From: a virus
DNA: 64,000 nt
Direction: 5' to 3' (one strand)
IMG/VR virus record: IMGVR_UViG_3300042691_047309
Span: 96,001 to 160,000 of that record
Shown: positions 1 through 9,982 of the stretch, piece by piece
Position numbering within the stretch: position 1 is the first letter of the stretch
How the letters are laid out: each line of letters begins with the position of its first letter
Notes under the pieces: generated by a model
Database searches by the model: none
The model's input: the letters and a program-made list of their open reading frames with translations, nothing else
What the model was told of the DNA's origin: nothing
Made by a program: the position numbers and the translations under genes

Positions 1-114
1 GAACTTTATAATGCTGTTTCATTTCCAAATGATAATATTGGTCACTGGTCTCATATATTTGGTGTTATATTTGGTACAATTTTCTACATACATCATAAAA
101 AAAGTCTCTCTTAA
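1..114 (+). CDS. C-terminal fragment of rhomboid-family intramembrane protease (5' truncated)
   Basis: Frame 1 reads ELYNAVSFPNDNIGHWSHIFGVIFGTIFYIHHKKSLS*; DNIGHxxHxxG matches the rhomboid catalytic-His helix. Confidence 0.6.
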   Translation, partial: ELYNAVSFPNDNIGHWSHIFGVIFGTIFYIHHKKSLS

Positions 115-128
115 AAAAGAGAGACTTT
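101..128. terminator. bidirectional intrinsic terminator
   Basis: aaagtctctctt-aaaa-aagagagacttt hairpin between convergent genes. Confidence 0.7.
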
Positions 129-263
129 AAAAAATACTATTAAGGGTGTTAAGTATTTTTTACCATGGTCTAACTAAACTGTAACCAATCATCGTAAAAG
201 CTAAAGTGGTTATTATTATCAGACTGATTAATATTAAATCGATTTTTATATTTTTTTGCATTT

Positions 264-1826
264 TTATTGAATTATTATTTTTATAGTTTTATTTTGATTT
301 ATTAAGTAATACTGACCCGGAGTACTGATACTAACAATTATATCATTTGATCTAATTTCTGTAACTAAACTTCCGACACTATCAAATATTTTTGAATCTG
401 ATGGTAAATTTGCTATATTAAAAATGCCATTGTTAGGATTCGGATATACACTAAATTCAGAGTCACTTAAAGTATTAAAATGATTACCGTTATTACCCTG
501 TCCATTGCCATTATTAGAATTAGAATTATTATTGATTACTCCGTTTTGACTTCCTAATTGTGAATTGTCATACCCTGGATTAGAAGGATCGAATCCGTCG
601 CTATTTCCGTGTCCATTATTATTGTCATTATCTATAACCAAAGTCATTTCATAAGCAATTCTTACTGCTTCTGCTGAGTTTAATCTACCAGAACCCAACT
701 TTCCTAAATATTGTGGATTTATTGAATAAATATCCACAGCTGTTATTCTAAGAATAGAATCAATTTCTGAATTTGTAATATTTGGATTCACTGATAACAT
801 AAGAGCAATTGTACCAGATACATAAGGAGCAGCAAAAGAGGTTCCGGATGAATATGAATACCAACCCGGTGCAGCACTTAGTGGAACATTGTAACCAGGT
901 GCGCAAATATCCACAGTTGAATTATGTTGATGTGTTGATCCATTTTGAGAAATATGACTATCATTTTGACCAACACTAGTAACTGAAAAAACGTGGTTGT
1001 AAGCGGCTGGATAAACTAAGTTATCAGGTCCACCACAAGTTGAGCCATTGCCAGCAGATGCTACTATAAATGTTCCGTTATTCCATACTTCGTCTATTGC
1101 TAATTGAGCGTAATAGTTATATGTGCAACCAGAAGCCCAACTCAGATTTATTACTTTATAACCATTATAAGATGCTTTTAACATATCATTATAATTCATT
1201 CTAAAAAGACCAAGTGAAGAATTATATCCAATTGAACTTATTCCTGTTGAGTTATTAGTATTCCCAGCAGCTGTAATTGCAACAGCTGTTCCGTGTGTTT
1301 TTGTAGATGTATTTGTAACATCATAGTATTTTACTTTTCCTACTAATTCTTCGTGATTTTGATAGAAGTTTTGGTCTGAAATAGCTATTCTAACAGATGT
1401 ATCACCGGTAGTATAAGACCAGGCGCCTTCGGCATTTATTAAACTAAGTGCCCAGTTATTAGAGAAAGAAGATGTGTAATCGTTAGGAAGTTCTAAAGTC
1501 TCAAATTTAGGAGCGATTTCAACCTTAGAGACTACAGTCGATTTGTTTGTAAGATTTTGTAATAATTCTACTTCATTACAGTTACAATCTATTTGATAAA
1601 CATTTTGTAATTTTTGATTTTTAGAGTCAGGAAATACTTTTTGAACATTTGTAATTTGGTATGTTTCTAAAACAGAGTTTAATTCTTGATTTTGAGAATA
1701 CAATTTATCACCTCTCATTTGTGGTACATTTTGGGACTCATTAATTGTCATCCAAACTGAATTTTGAGCCATTAAGTTTACACTTACTATTAAGATTGAT
1801 GTGATAAGTAGAATTAATTTTTTCAT
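264..1826 (-). CDS. S8 subtilisin-like serine protease with signal peptide and T9SS type A-like C-terminal domain
   Basis: IAISD, HGT and SGTSFAAP triad motifs; SAGN oxyanion motif; C-terminal VYPNP...KIIIQ. Confidence 0.9.
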   Translation of the reverse strand: MKKLILLITSILIVSVNLMAQNSVWMTINESQNVPQMRGDKLYSQNQELNSVLETYQITNVQKVFPDSKNQKLQNVYQIDCNCNEVELLQNLTNKSTVVSKVEIAPKFETLELPNDYTSSFSNNWALSLINAEGAWSYTTGDTSVRIAISDQNFYQNHEELVGKVKYYDVTNTSTKTHGTAVAITAAGNTNNSTGISSIGYNSSLGLFRMNYNDMLKASYNGYKVINLSWASGCTYNYYAQLAIDEVWNNGTFIVASAGNGSTCGGPDNLVYPAAYNHVFSVTSVGQNDSHISQNGSTHQHNSTVDICAPGYNVPLSAAPGWYSYSSGTSFAAPYVSGTIALMLSVNPNITNSEIDSILRITAVDIYSINPQYLGKLGSGRLNSAEAVRIAYEMTLVIDNDNNNGHGNSDGFDPSNPGYDNSQLGSQNGVINNNSNSNNGNGQGNNGNHFNTLSDSEFSVYPNPNNGIFNIANLPSDSKIFDSVGSLVTEIRSNDIIVSISTPGQYYLINQNKTIKIIIQ

Positions 1827-1985
1827 AACATTTTTTGTTTTTTTGTTTTATAATTTATATAGTTAGATACTACTGAAAAAGACACTGATTTTGACAGTTC
1901 CGAATGTAATTTACACATTCACTTATAGTAAGACATACATATAGATACTTACTAATATAAGTAATACTACTTAGTTAAATTTTTT

Positions 1986-2014
1986 TGATCATTGGATATA
2001 CTAAAATGCTCAAA
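1986..2014 (+). promoter_or_regulatory. 21-bp-period direct repeat (LytTR-like box)
   Basis: tGATCAtt at 1986 and tGCTCAaa at 2007; same motif upstream of the 4360 gene. Confidence 0.35.
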
Positions 2015-2086
2015 TCATTAGGTTTTACTGAATCTTTGTATTAAATATAAATATATACTATAGGGATTAAAAATTATTTTTCAATT

Positions 2087-4246
2087 ATGATAAAGTTTTA
2101 TTTATTTTTATTATCAACCATTTTATTGGTCACAAATTCGTTATCACAAATAAATGAGGGTTTTGAGAGTGGTCTACCCGCTAGCTATACAACTACGACA
2201 TCTTATACACTAAGTTCCGGAACTTGGACTGGTCAAGCAAGTGGTGTTATTGGAAACACAACTGCAACTTGGATTAAAAGTGGCACTAGATCCTGCCAGC
2301 TTAGGTCACAGGTTGGATCACAGATAACCACTCCGACTATTACTCAAACAGTTGGCACAGTAACGTTTTGGGCATCAAGAACATCAGGTAGTGGAAGTTC
2401 TTTACAAGTAAATTACTCTACAGATGGTGGGACTACTTGGGTAGCTGCTACCGGATCACCCTTTAGTCTAAACACAACAGTAAGTCAATACACAGCTACT
2501 GTAAATACGACGAGTGTGAATGTCAAATTACAGTTTTATAGAACAGCAGGAACCGTTAATATAGACGATGTTGTTATTAATAAAAATAATAATTCCGTAT
2601 GTTCAACAGTAACAACACTTTCTTTACCATCAACCGTTGGATCAACGACGACTACAGGAACACAGACAACTTGTGGAAAAGTAAATGATTTTCCGGCTGG
2701 TTCTTTTGGATCCTCACTTTACGGTGATGGTCAAGATGCTGTTTGGCAAATTGATGTTCCGGTTAGTGGAGGTAATTATAAATTCGATATAGGAGGTGCT
2801 GGAACTTATAAAATATTATCTTTACACTCTTCTTGTTCCCCAACAAGTGGAAACGCTTTAAATTGGATCACAACTTCATCAGGAACAACTGGTAATTTCT
2901 CACAAAATCTTACAACGGGAACATACTATCTATGGGTAGATACGTGGCCATCTCCTGATTGTGGTCAGTACTCCATAACCATTACAAGATTAGCAAATCC
3001 ACCAGCTCCAAGTTGTATTTCATCACCGACATCTCCAACTAACGGTCAAACAGATGTCAGTACAGCCCCAACGTTATCATGGCCAACCGCATCTAACGCT
3101 ACAAGTTATGATGTATATTTTGGGTCTACTTTACCGATCACACCAACGATTAACGTTACTACAACATCTTATACTCCAAGTTCATTATCAATCACTACAA
3201 CATATTATTGGAAAATAGTACCTAAAAATTCTTCGGGTGAGCCTACAGGGTGTTCAACATGGTCTTTTACTACTTTAACACCAATTACTAATGACGACCC
3301 TTCAGGATCAACAACTTTAATTGTTAATGATCCTTTAGGTTATAAAACTTTTACGAATGTTGGATCATCAAATACGACAACAGAATCTTCACCTACATGT
3401 GCATCATATAATGGTGAGGATGTTTGGTTTAAGGTAGTTGTACCGAATGGGATAACAACGCTTGATTTTGATACTCAAACAGGTGGTATAACTGATGGTG
3501 GTATGTCTATTTACAGAGGAACTATTGGTTCTTTAACTCAAATTGAATGTGATGATGATGATGCATTAGATGGTCTAATGTCTTGGATATATCGAGAAGA
3601 TTTTACTCCCGGTGAAACAATTTATATCAGATTTTGGGAATATGGTGGTGGTACAGGAACATTTAAGATTTATGTTAGTACTCCTCAAGCACTACCAGTT
3701 GAACTAATTAGTTTTAATGCAACTTGTTCCGATGAAGGTATATTAATTAACTGGAAAACCGCTTCTGAACATAATAGTTCCCACTTTACACTTGAGAAGT
3801 CAAGAGATGGCGAAGATTGGTCTCAAATTTATACCGAACAAGCAGCTGGTAATAGCAATCAAATTATTACTTATAGTTTCACAGATAAAAACACTATTAA
3901 CGGTATTAATTACTATAGATTGAACCAATATGATATAGATGGTGTTTATGAACAATACGGACCTATTTCTGCAAATTGTTTAGAAAAAACAAAAGGATAT
4001 TTTTCTACTTTTCCGAATCCAAGTTTTTCAACATTTAATATTACTGTCAATAATGAAAGTATTATCGGTGAATCTATTATAGAAATAGTAGATGATATTG
4101 GTAGAAAAATAACAAATAAAAATGTCACTGTAAGTCCTGGAATAAACCTTTTCAACTTAAATATAGATATCGAACCAGGTATTTATTACATAAACATTCA
4201 TAATGATTATTTTTCTACCGATGTAATAAAACAAATTATAAGGTAA
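2087..4246 (+). CDS. secreted beta-rich protein with T9SS type A sorting domain
   Basis: signal peptide; FN3-like YYWKIVP module; LPVELISF motif; FPNPS...GIYYI CTD. Confidence 0.85.
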   Translation: MIKFYLFLLSTILLVTNSLSQINEGFESGLPASYTTTTSYTLSSGTWTGQASGVIGNTTATWIKSGTRSCQLRSQVGSQITTPTITQTVGTVTFWASRTSGSGSSLQVNYSTDGGTTWVAATGSPFSLNTTVSQYTATVNTTSVNVKLQFYRTAGTVNIDDVVINKNNNSVCSTVTTLSLPSTVGSTTTTGTQTTCGKVNDFPAGSFGSSLYGDGQDAVWQIDVPVSGGNYKFDIGGAGTYKILSLHSSCSPTSGNALNWITTSSGTTGNFSQNLTTGTYYLWVDTWPSPDCGQYSITITRLANPPAPSCISSPTSPTNGQTDVSTAPTLSWPTASNATSYDVYFGSTLPITPTINVTTTSYTPSSLSITTTYYWKIVPKNSSGEPTGCSTWSFTTLTPITNDDPSGSTTLIVNDPLGYKTFTNVGSSNTTTESSPTCASYNGEDVWFKVVVPNGITTLDFDTQTGGITDGGMSIYRGTIGSLTQIECDDDDALDGLMSWIYREDFTPGETIYIRFWEYGGGTGTFKIYVSTPQALPVELISFNATCSDEGILINWKTASEHNSSHFTLEKSRDGEDWSQIYTEQAAGNSNQIITYSFTDKNTINGINYYRLNQYDIDGVYEQYGPISANCLEKTKGYFSTFPNPSFSTFNITVNNESIIGESIIEIVDDIGRKITNKNVTVSPGINLFNLNIDIEPGIYYINIHNDYFSTDVIKQIIR

Positions 4247-4248
4247 TT

Positions 4249-4282
4249 AAAAAAACGAGTTATTTAAATAACTCGTTTTTTT
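4249..4282. terminator. perfect 34-bp palindrome, probable terminator
   Basis: aaaaaaacgagttattt/aaataactcgttttttt directly after the stop codon. Confidence 0.75.
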
Positions 4283-4332
4283 TGCTCATTAGTCTGTATA
4301 TAATGCTCAATTTGTATTTTTTATAGCTAAAC
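4283..4332 (+). promoter_or_regulatory. three direct repeats with 21-bp period (LytTR-like box)
   Basis: tGCTCAtt 4283, tGCTCAat 4304, aGCTAAac 4325. Confidence 0.45.
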
Positions 4333-4347
4333 TTGATTGACTAAATT

Positions 4348-4355
4348 GATATATA
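4348..4355 (+). promoter_or_regulatory. class-2 (A/G)ATATATA promoter box
   Basis: GATATATA 4 nt before ATG 4360. Confidence 0.55.
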
Positions 4356-4359
4356 GGGT

Positions 4360-6258
4360 ATGAGAATTATATTTAAACATAATTTATTATTTCTATTTTG
4401 TTTATTGACAAACTTTTTACTTGCACAACCAGCAAATGATAATTGTTCTGGTGCTCAAAATTTAGGAAATTTACCAACACCTGCATCTTGCCCAAGTGGT
4501 ATTGGAACATCAGTAAATGTCACAGGAACCACAGTTGGAGCAACACCTACAAATCCATATAACTACCTTTTAGGTTGTCAAACTGGTGGAAATCAACCAG
4601 CACCAGCTAATGACGTTTGGTATAGATTTGTCGCAACCGGAAATCAAGTAAATATAAATATAACAGCAGGATCTCCGGTATTAGCAAATCCAGCAATAAC
4701 ACTTTGGACAGGAACTTGCGGTAATCTAACCGGAGTTGGATGTGATAATAATGGAACAAATGCTGGTGCTAATTCTGCAATTTTTGAGCCTTTAACATCT
4801 GGTCAAACTTATTATATTCAAGTATCTGGCTCTACATCAACGGCTACTGGTAACTTTAACCTTTCTGTAAATTCACAAAATGATTGTTCAGATTGTCTTC
4901 AAGGTTCTTATATAACTGCTACTCCTGCTCCAACAAATGGAACTTATCCACCAAATACTCAAGTGACTTTTTGTTATACAATCACTTCTTTTAATCAGGT
5001 AAGTGCAAACTGGATACATGGAGTGATACCTTCTTTTGGTGCTGGTTGGAATCCAACAACTTTACAATCAGTGAGTGCTCCAAATGCTTCCGCGGGATAT
5101 GTTTGGACTTGGACTAATGGACCACTGGGTTTAGGTTGGTATGTTGATTATGATCCAGTAGGACCAACCGGTCCAGATGGAAATGTCACTAATAACTATG
5201 GAACTTCTAATATAAATGGAACGGGAACTTGGACTTTTTGTTGGAGAATTACAACTGATCCAAATTGCACCGGTGGAACTGACCTTTCGGTAGATGTCAA
5301 TACAACGTCTGATGGGGAGACCGGTAACTGGACTTCTGTTGCTTGTCAAGACGACCCAGTTTATCAATTTTCATCCACATTAATATGTTGCACAAATCCA
5401 ACTGTAACATTATCCAATCAAACTATTTGTCAGGGTCAAAGCGTGACTCTAACTCCTACGGTTAGTCCTGGTGGTGGAACTTACTCTTGGTCATCTGGTC
5501 AAATAACTTCTTCTATTACGGTTACACCTTCAACAACTACATCCTATACCGTTACATATGCGACCGGTTCTTGTTTTTCAACTGCGACTGCTACGGTAAC
5601 TGTTAATACACAAACTACACCAACATTTACACAATTAGGACCTTTCTGTTCAGGAACTTCATTTACCTTACCAACAACATCAAATAATGGAATCACCGGT
5701 TCTTGGTCACCTGCTATTAACAATACATCAACAACAACTTATACATTCACTCCAACTGCTGGTCAATGTGCTTCAACTGCAACAATGACAGTTACAATAA
5801 ATCCACAAACAGTTCCAACATTTACGCAAGTAGGACCTTTTTGTTCTGGAACTTCATTTACTTTACCAACAACATCAAATAATGGAATAACAGGAACTTG
5901 GTCTCCTGTAATCAATAATACCTCAACAACAACTTATACATTTACACCAACTGTCGGTCAATGTGCTCAATCAACTACGATTACAATAACAATAAGCCCT
6001 CAAGTTACTGCTACTGTCACCGGAACAAATCCAACTTGCGACAACGCCTGTGATGGAACAGCAACTACCACACCACTTACCGGAACTCCCCCTTACACTT
6101 ATGTATGGACTCCTTCTGGTGGTACACAAACCATCACAAATTTATGTGAAGGAACTTATAATGTAACTATCACTGACTCTTTTGGATGTCAAACAACAGG
6201 AAGTGTAACCCTAACAGACCCGGTTGCACCAGTGTTGGGTCCAATTAGTCATGACTAA
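4360..6258 (+). CDS. SprB-like adhesin module (Cys/Thr-rich repeats), no T9SS CTD
   Basis: signal peptide, PANDNC start, Ig/SprB-like repeats (GTPPYTYVW...[13 protein letters not shown]), ends GPISHD. Confidence 0.8.
   Translation: MRIIFKHNLLFLFCLLTNFLLAQPANDNCSGAQNLGNLPTPASCPSGIGTSVNVTGTTVGATPTNPYNYLLGCQTGGNQPAPANDVWYRFVATGNQVNINITAGSPVLANPAITLWTGTCGNLTGVGCDNNGTNAGANSAIFEPLTSGQTYYIQVSGSTSTATGNFNLSVNSQNDCSDCLQGSYITATPAPTNGTYPPNTQVTFCYTITSFNQVSANWIHGVIPSFGAGWNPTTLQSVSAPNASAGYVWTWTNGPLGLGWYVDYDPVGPTGPDGNVTNNYGTSNINGTGTWTFCWRITTDPNCTGGTDLSVDVNTTSDGETGNWTSVACQDDPVYQFSSTLICCTNPTVTLSNQTICQGQSVTLTPTVSPGGGTYSWSSGQITSSITVTPSTTTSYTVTYATGSCFSTATATVTVNTQTTPTFTQLGPFCSGTSFTLPTTSNNGITGSWSPAINNTSTTTYTFTPTAGQCASTATMTVTINPQTVPTFTQVGPFCSGTSFTLPTTSNNGITGTWSPVINNTSTTTYTFTPTVGQCAQSTTITITISPQVTATVTGTNPTCDNACDGTATTTPLTGTPPYTYVWTPSGGTQTITNLCEGTYNVTITDSFGCQTTGSVTLTDPVAPVLGPISHD
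5611..6000 (+). repeat. two tandem 195-nt (65-aa) intragenic repeats
   Basis: [34 protein letters not shown]... starts at 5611 and 5806. Confidence 0.9.
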
Positions 6259-6275
6259 AAATAAAAAAAAGAAAA

Positions 6276-6863
6276 ATGAAAAAACTATTAACTTCTCTAG
6301 TTGTTTTGTTTGTGAGTGTTGTTTCCTACTCTCAAACTTTTACAACTACTCAACCAGACACGGTGTGTTTTGGTTCGACAACTCCTTCAACTTATCAAGT
6401 TGCTAACATTGGTTCAGGAACTTATACTTGGACCATTCCTGCTTGCGCATCTATTGTATCTGGGCAAGGAACAAATCAAATTCAAGTCAATTGGTCTAAC
6501 TGTCCAGCTGGTTTAATTCCTAATGCTGTTTCTGTTACATATGCATCTCCAGCTCCAGCTAACTGTCCCGCTCTTCCAGTTGATATGGATGTTTTAATTT
6601 ATCAAGTTGTACCGACAATCACAGCTTTAGGTCCATTTTGTGAATCTGATCCTTGTGTGACTTTAGTTGGAACTCCAGCGGGTGGAACATGGACTGGATT
6701 AGGTGTTTCAGGAAACCAATTCTGTCCTGATAACGTAGCTAATGGAACTAACGCTACATCAACAGTTACTTATACACTTACAAATGGTGGATGTACATTT
6801 ACTACATCGGTAGTTGTTCCGGTTTATGGAACTCCTACACTTTCACCTATACAACACGATTAA
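6276..6863 (+). CDS. secreted PKD-like/Ig-fold protein
   Basis: signal peptide; SGQGTNQIQVNW and GTPAGGTWTG motifs; ends SPIQHD. Confidence 0.75.
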   Translation: MKKLLTSLVVLFVSVVSYSQTFTTTQPDTVCFGSTTPSTYQVANIGSGTYTWTIPACASIVSGQGTNQIQVNWSNCPAGLIPNAVSVTYASPAPANCPALPVDMDVLIYQVVPTITALGPFCESDPCVTLVGTPAGGTWTGLGVSGNQFCPDNVANGTNATSTVTYTLTNGGCTFTTSVVVPVYGTPTLSPIQHD

Positions 6864-6880
6864 AAATAATATAAAGTAAA

Positions 6881-7447
6881 ATGTTGAGATTATTAAGTTT
6901 CATATTTATAATGATGTGTTTTGGTTTGTTTTCACAACAAACTTTACAAATATGCCCTGGTGAAAGCGAGACAGTTACTTATTGGACTGAAACTACAACA
7001 CCGGGAGAGATAGTGTGGTCTGTAAATGGAACATCTTATTATAGTGATCAACTTGTTATGAACTGGACACAACCTGGAACTTATAATATATCAGTCACTC
7101 AAACAAATGGAATTTGTGAAGATAGTAAATACTTTACAGTTATTATAAGTTCTTGTGATGATTTAATTTATTATGTTCCTAATTCATTCACACCGGATGA
7201 TGATAATTTTAACAACATATTTCAACCTGTATTCACAGAAGGATTTGATCCATTTGATTTTCATTTAACTATATTTGATAGATGGGGTGAGATTATATTT
7301 GAGTCATATGATGCCTCAAAAGGATGGAATGGATATTATGGAAACAAAAAGTGTCAAGATGGGGTATATACCTGGAAAATCGAATTTGGAAGACCTGGTA
7401 TAGATGATAGAGAAGTTATAGTAGGACACGTAGTTTTAATAAGATAA
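6881..7447 (+). CDS. gliding-motility-associated C-terminal domain (T9SS type B) protein
   Basis: YVPNSFTPD..NNIF, IFDRWGE, WNG, DGVY, GHVVLIR. Confidence 0.9.
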   Translation: MLRLLSFIFIMMCFGLFSQQTLQICPGESETVTYWTETTTPGEIVWSVNGTSYYSDQLVMNWTQPGTYNISVTQTNGICEDSKYFTVIISSCDDLIYYVPNSFTPDDDNFNNIFQPVFTEGFDPFDFHLTIFDRWGEIIFESYDASKGWNGYYGNKKCQDGVYTWKIEFGRPGIDDREVIVGHVVLIR

Positions 7448-7476
7448 AAAAATCCATCAGAAATGATGGATTTTTT
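7447..7476 (+). terminator. intrinsic terminator
   Basis: aaaaaatccatca-gaaa-tgatggatttttt. Confidence 0.8.
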
Positions 7477-7487
7477 GTTTTTATCCT

Positions 7488-7495
7488 TATATTTG
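7488..7495 (+). promoter_or_regulatory. Bacteroidota -7 promoter element
   Basis: TATATTTG 4 nt before ATG 7500. Confidence 0.6.
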
Positions 7496-7499
7496 CATT

Positions 7500-7865
7500 A
7501 TGGATAAGTCGAGAATTAATGATATGGTTGATAGAAAAATAATACAGTCTTTTCAAGAAGGATTTTCTATTGGTTCTATTCAATCAGATCTTAAAGTCAG
7601 AATAAGAAATTTCACTAACACTATTGGAAAGGATAGTAGTGTGAATTATATGCAGTTATATGATACTAAATTTGAAGATATTCCAAACATTCGTCATAGA
7701 TATGGTATAACCTACATAAAACAGTGTCAAAAAAGATTACAGGATTTAGATTGGATTATTGAGAAGAAATCAAAATTTAGTAATATGACTTATTCTAAGG
7801 TATTTAAATTAATTCAGTTTAGAGAAAAACTCGAATCTACTGCAAAAATTTATCCATTCAAATAG
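7500..7865 (+). CDS. hypothetical protein
   Basis: 121-aa ORF directly behind a promoter. Confidence 0.7.
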   Translation: MDKSRINDMVDRKIIQSFQEGFSIGSIQSDLKVRIRNFTNTIGKDSSVNYMQLYDTKFEDIPNIRHRYGITYIKQCQKRLQDLDWIIEKKSKFSNMTYSKVFKLIQFREKLESTAKIYPFK

Positions 7866-7896
7866 TTTGTAAATTTTAATATTTTCCTTATATTTG
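7866..7896 (+). promoter_or_regulatory. Bacteroidota housekeeping-sigma promoter
   Basis: TTTG-N19-TATATTTG, 4 nt before ATG 7901. Confidence 0.8.
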
Positions 7897-7900
7897 TTGT

Positions 7901-8122
7901 ATGAAAATCAATAAAGGAAACCTCTGGACAATTCTTGAAAAATATGACTCAAAAGACTACGATGGTCTTTGTAATGGTCTTTCTCGTATAATTCAAGGTA
8001 AATCTACTTCTGGTGATCTGCTTGATGTTTTCACTTACATGGAAAAAATTCAAAAAGAAGATAGAGACATTATCGAAAACGAAATCGGAAACGATATCAC
8101 GAATGTACTTTTCTGTATCTAA
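7901..8122 (+). CDS. hypothetical protein
   Basis: 73-aa ORF directly behind a promoter. Confidence 0.7.
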   Translation: MKINKGNLWTILEKYDSKDYDGLCNGLSRIIQGKSTSGDLLDVFTYMEKIQKEDRDIIENEIGNDITNVLFCI

Positions 8123-8196
8123 TTTTCATGTAACATCATGATGATATAACTATATTATATGTTATGGTTTTTTAAAGTTTAATGATAGTGGATTTT

Positions 8197-8937
8197 TTAT
8201 AGTCTAATCCATTCTTTAAACCTCAATAAAGATTCTTTTAATGTTTCTACAAAATCAAAATCAATCAAGAATTGACCGAACTCTTCAACATATTTTTCTT
8301 TTGACTCATCGTTGGGGTTTTTTAGAAACTGCCAATTAAATGATAATTGAGTAGGTGTTTTAAATCCAAAGAAACTAAGAACTTCTTTTTCTAATTTGAC
8401 AGCTTCTGAACCATTCCAGTTATGACCAACTGCAATTACTCCGGCTTCTTTATTTTTAAGTAGATTACTTTCACCAAGTGTTGTGTGTCTGTTTTCAAGC
8501 CAAGTCAATCTTTCAATAAGTGATGTATAAATAGCATTCATTTTACCCCATCTTATTGATCCAAAAAAGATAACTATATCAGCGTCAAAAATAGCATTTG
8601 CTACTTTATACATTTCATCTGATTTGTTGTTAAGTGATGCCCAACATCTTATATGACCTGTTGGATTCTTTTCTTTATCTTTAAGAATGGCATCTTTTAA
8701 TCCACAAGTATTTCCTCTTTTAGTTGAAACATTACCTTCACAAGAAAATATTTTAAGCTTTGCAACATTTATTATTTGACATCTATCGCTTCCTAATTTT
8801 TTCATAATCTCCTCAGCAATGATAGAAGACTTCGGAAGCTCTTTATCACCAGACCATCTATTCGATGTGGTTAAGAAAAGAATTTTCTTTTTGTTATTCT
8901 TCTTTAGATAATTGTAAAGTCTTTTTAACTCGGTCAT
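8197..8937 (-). CDS. flavodoxin-fold / NADPH-dependent FMN reductase-like (iron-sulfur flavoprotein-like) protein
   Basis: LTTSNR loop, Cys cluster CEG...TCG...RCW, ADIVIFFGSIRWG, LIERL. Confidence 0.75.
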   Translation of the reverse strand: MTELKRLYNYLKKNNKKKILFLTTSNRWSGDKELPKSSIIAEEIMKKLGSDRCQIINVAKLKIFSCEGNVSTKRGNTCGLKDAILKDKEKNPTGHIRCWASLNNKSDEMYKVANAIFDADIVIFFGSIRWGKMNAIYTSLIERLTWLENRHTTLGESNLLKNKEAGVIAVGHNWNGSEAVKLEKEVLSFFGFKTPTQLSFNWQFLKNPNDESKEKYVEEFGQFLIDFDFVETLKESLLRFKEWIRL

Positions 8938-8941
8938 GTTT

Positions 8942-8949
8942 TATATATT
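8942..8949 (-). promoter_or_regulatory. class-2 promoter box
   Basis: AATATATA on minus strand 4 nt before ATG 8937. Confidence 0.6.
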
Positions 8950-9004
8950 AAAAGTTTTGAATACAATTTTTTATTAAATATAAAATTACTTAAAAGTCTT
9001 TGAT

Positions 9005-9033
9005 AAAAAAAAGGACTCTAAGTCCTTTTTTTT
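9005..9033. terminator. intrinsic terminator
   Basis: aaaaaaaaggact-cta-agtcctttttttt at the 3' end of the 9032 gene. Confidence 0.7.
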
Positions 9034-9982
9034 ATCCGTGTCTTAACGTCTCTATACCAGGAAACTTAGCTTTTAAATCTTCACTAACAGTTTCAGTAAT
9101 TACTGATGGAGGAAGTGTATTTCTTTGAAACTTCCAATGTAGTGCTTCCCAATCTTTAATTTCTTGGTCTAATTTCATTAAAGATGATTCTTCTAAATTA
9201 ACTTCTTCTATTTTTATTTGAATAATTTTTTCAGCTTCTTCTACATCAGATTCTCTTTGTAAAAGTTCTTCTTCTTTTCTTTTCAACTCTTTTGAAAGTA
9301 CTTCTAAATCTTTTTCTTTTTCAGTGACTAATCTCAAATCTTTGTCAATTTTTGTTTGAAGATCGGCATATTTAACATCTAAATCTTTTGCTGATTCTAA
9401 AATACTTCTATCAAAGTTTCTTTCCTTTTCATTAAGGTCTTGAATTTTATCTTCTAAATCAATTTGTTTTTCAGTAAGGTCTCTAGATCTTTGTCTTAAC
9501 TCATCTTCTTTTTTATCAAGCGATTTGAGCTCCAGTTTATGATCTTCTTCTCTTTTTTCAACTCTCTTTAAACGAATATCAATCTCTTCTTCTTTATCTT
9601 TAATTCTTCTTTCTCTATTGTTTAGGTCAATTTCTTTCCATTCAACTTCTCTTATTTTACTCTCATCAATATTAGAAACTGGTCCAGAATTATGTTGAAT
9701 TGAAGAAAGTACCATTTCTTCAATAAAGGGAATTAGTTTTTTATGAAATTGAGAAGGAGTTGGAAACTTTTGAGCTTTCATGTGAGTCAGTAACTCGCTT
9801 TTCCAGTCAATGACTTCAAAAAATTCTGGATTATTATCAATGATATCTTTATCAATTGGTATTATCTCTGATTTAACAGTGTAGTTATACTCTTGTAAGA
9901 TAGTTCCAACTTTAAGTATAAAGATTTTTTTATCAGGGCTTAAATACTGAAACTCCTTAATAACCTTATGCTTAATTTTCAT
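9032..9982 (-). CDS. coiled-coil hypothetical protein
   Basis: long E/K-rich heptad region. Confidence 0.75.
   Translation of the reverse strand: MKIKHKVIKEFQYLSPDKKIFILKVGTILQEYNYTVKSEIIPIDKDIIDNNPEFFEVIDWKSELLTHMKAQKFPTPSQFHKKLIPFIEEMVLSSIQHNSGPVSNIDESKIREVEWKEIDLNNRERRIKDKEEEIDIRLKRVEKREEDHKLELKSLDKKEDELRQRSRDLTEKQIDLEDKIQDLNEKERNFDRSILESAKDLDVKYADLQTKIDKDLRLVTEKEKDLEVLSKELKRKEEELLQRESDVEEAEKIIQIKIEEVNLEESSLMKLDQEIKDWEALHWKFQRNTLPPSVITETVSEDLKAKFPGIETLRHG

Noticed and set aside
1946-1963. TACTTA-N6-TAAGTA palindrome in the divergent intergenic region
   Set aside because: Single short AT-rich instance, plausible by chance
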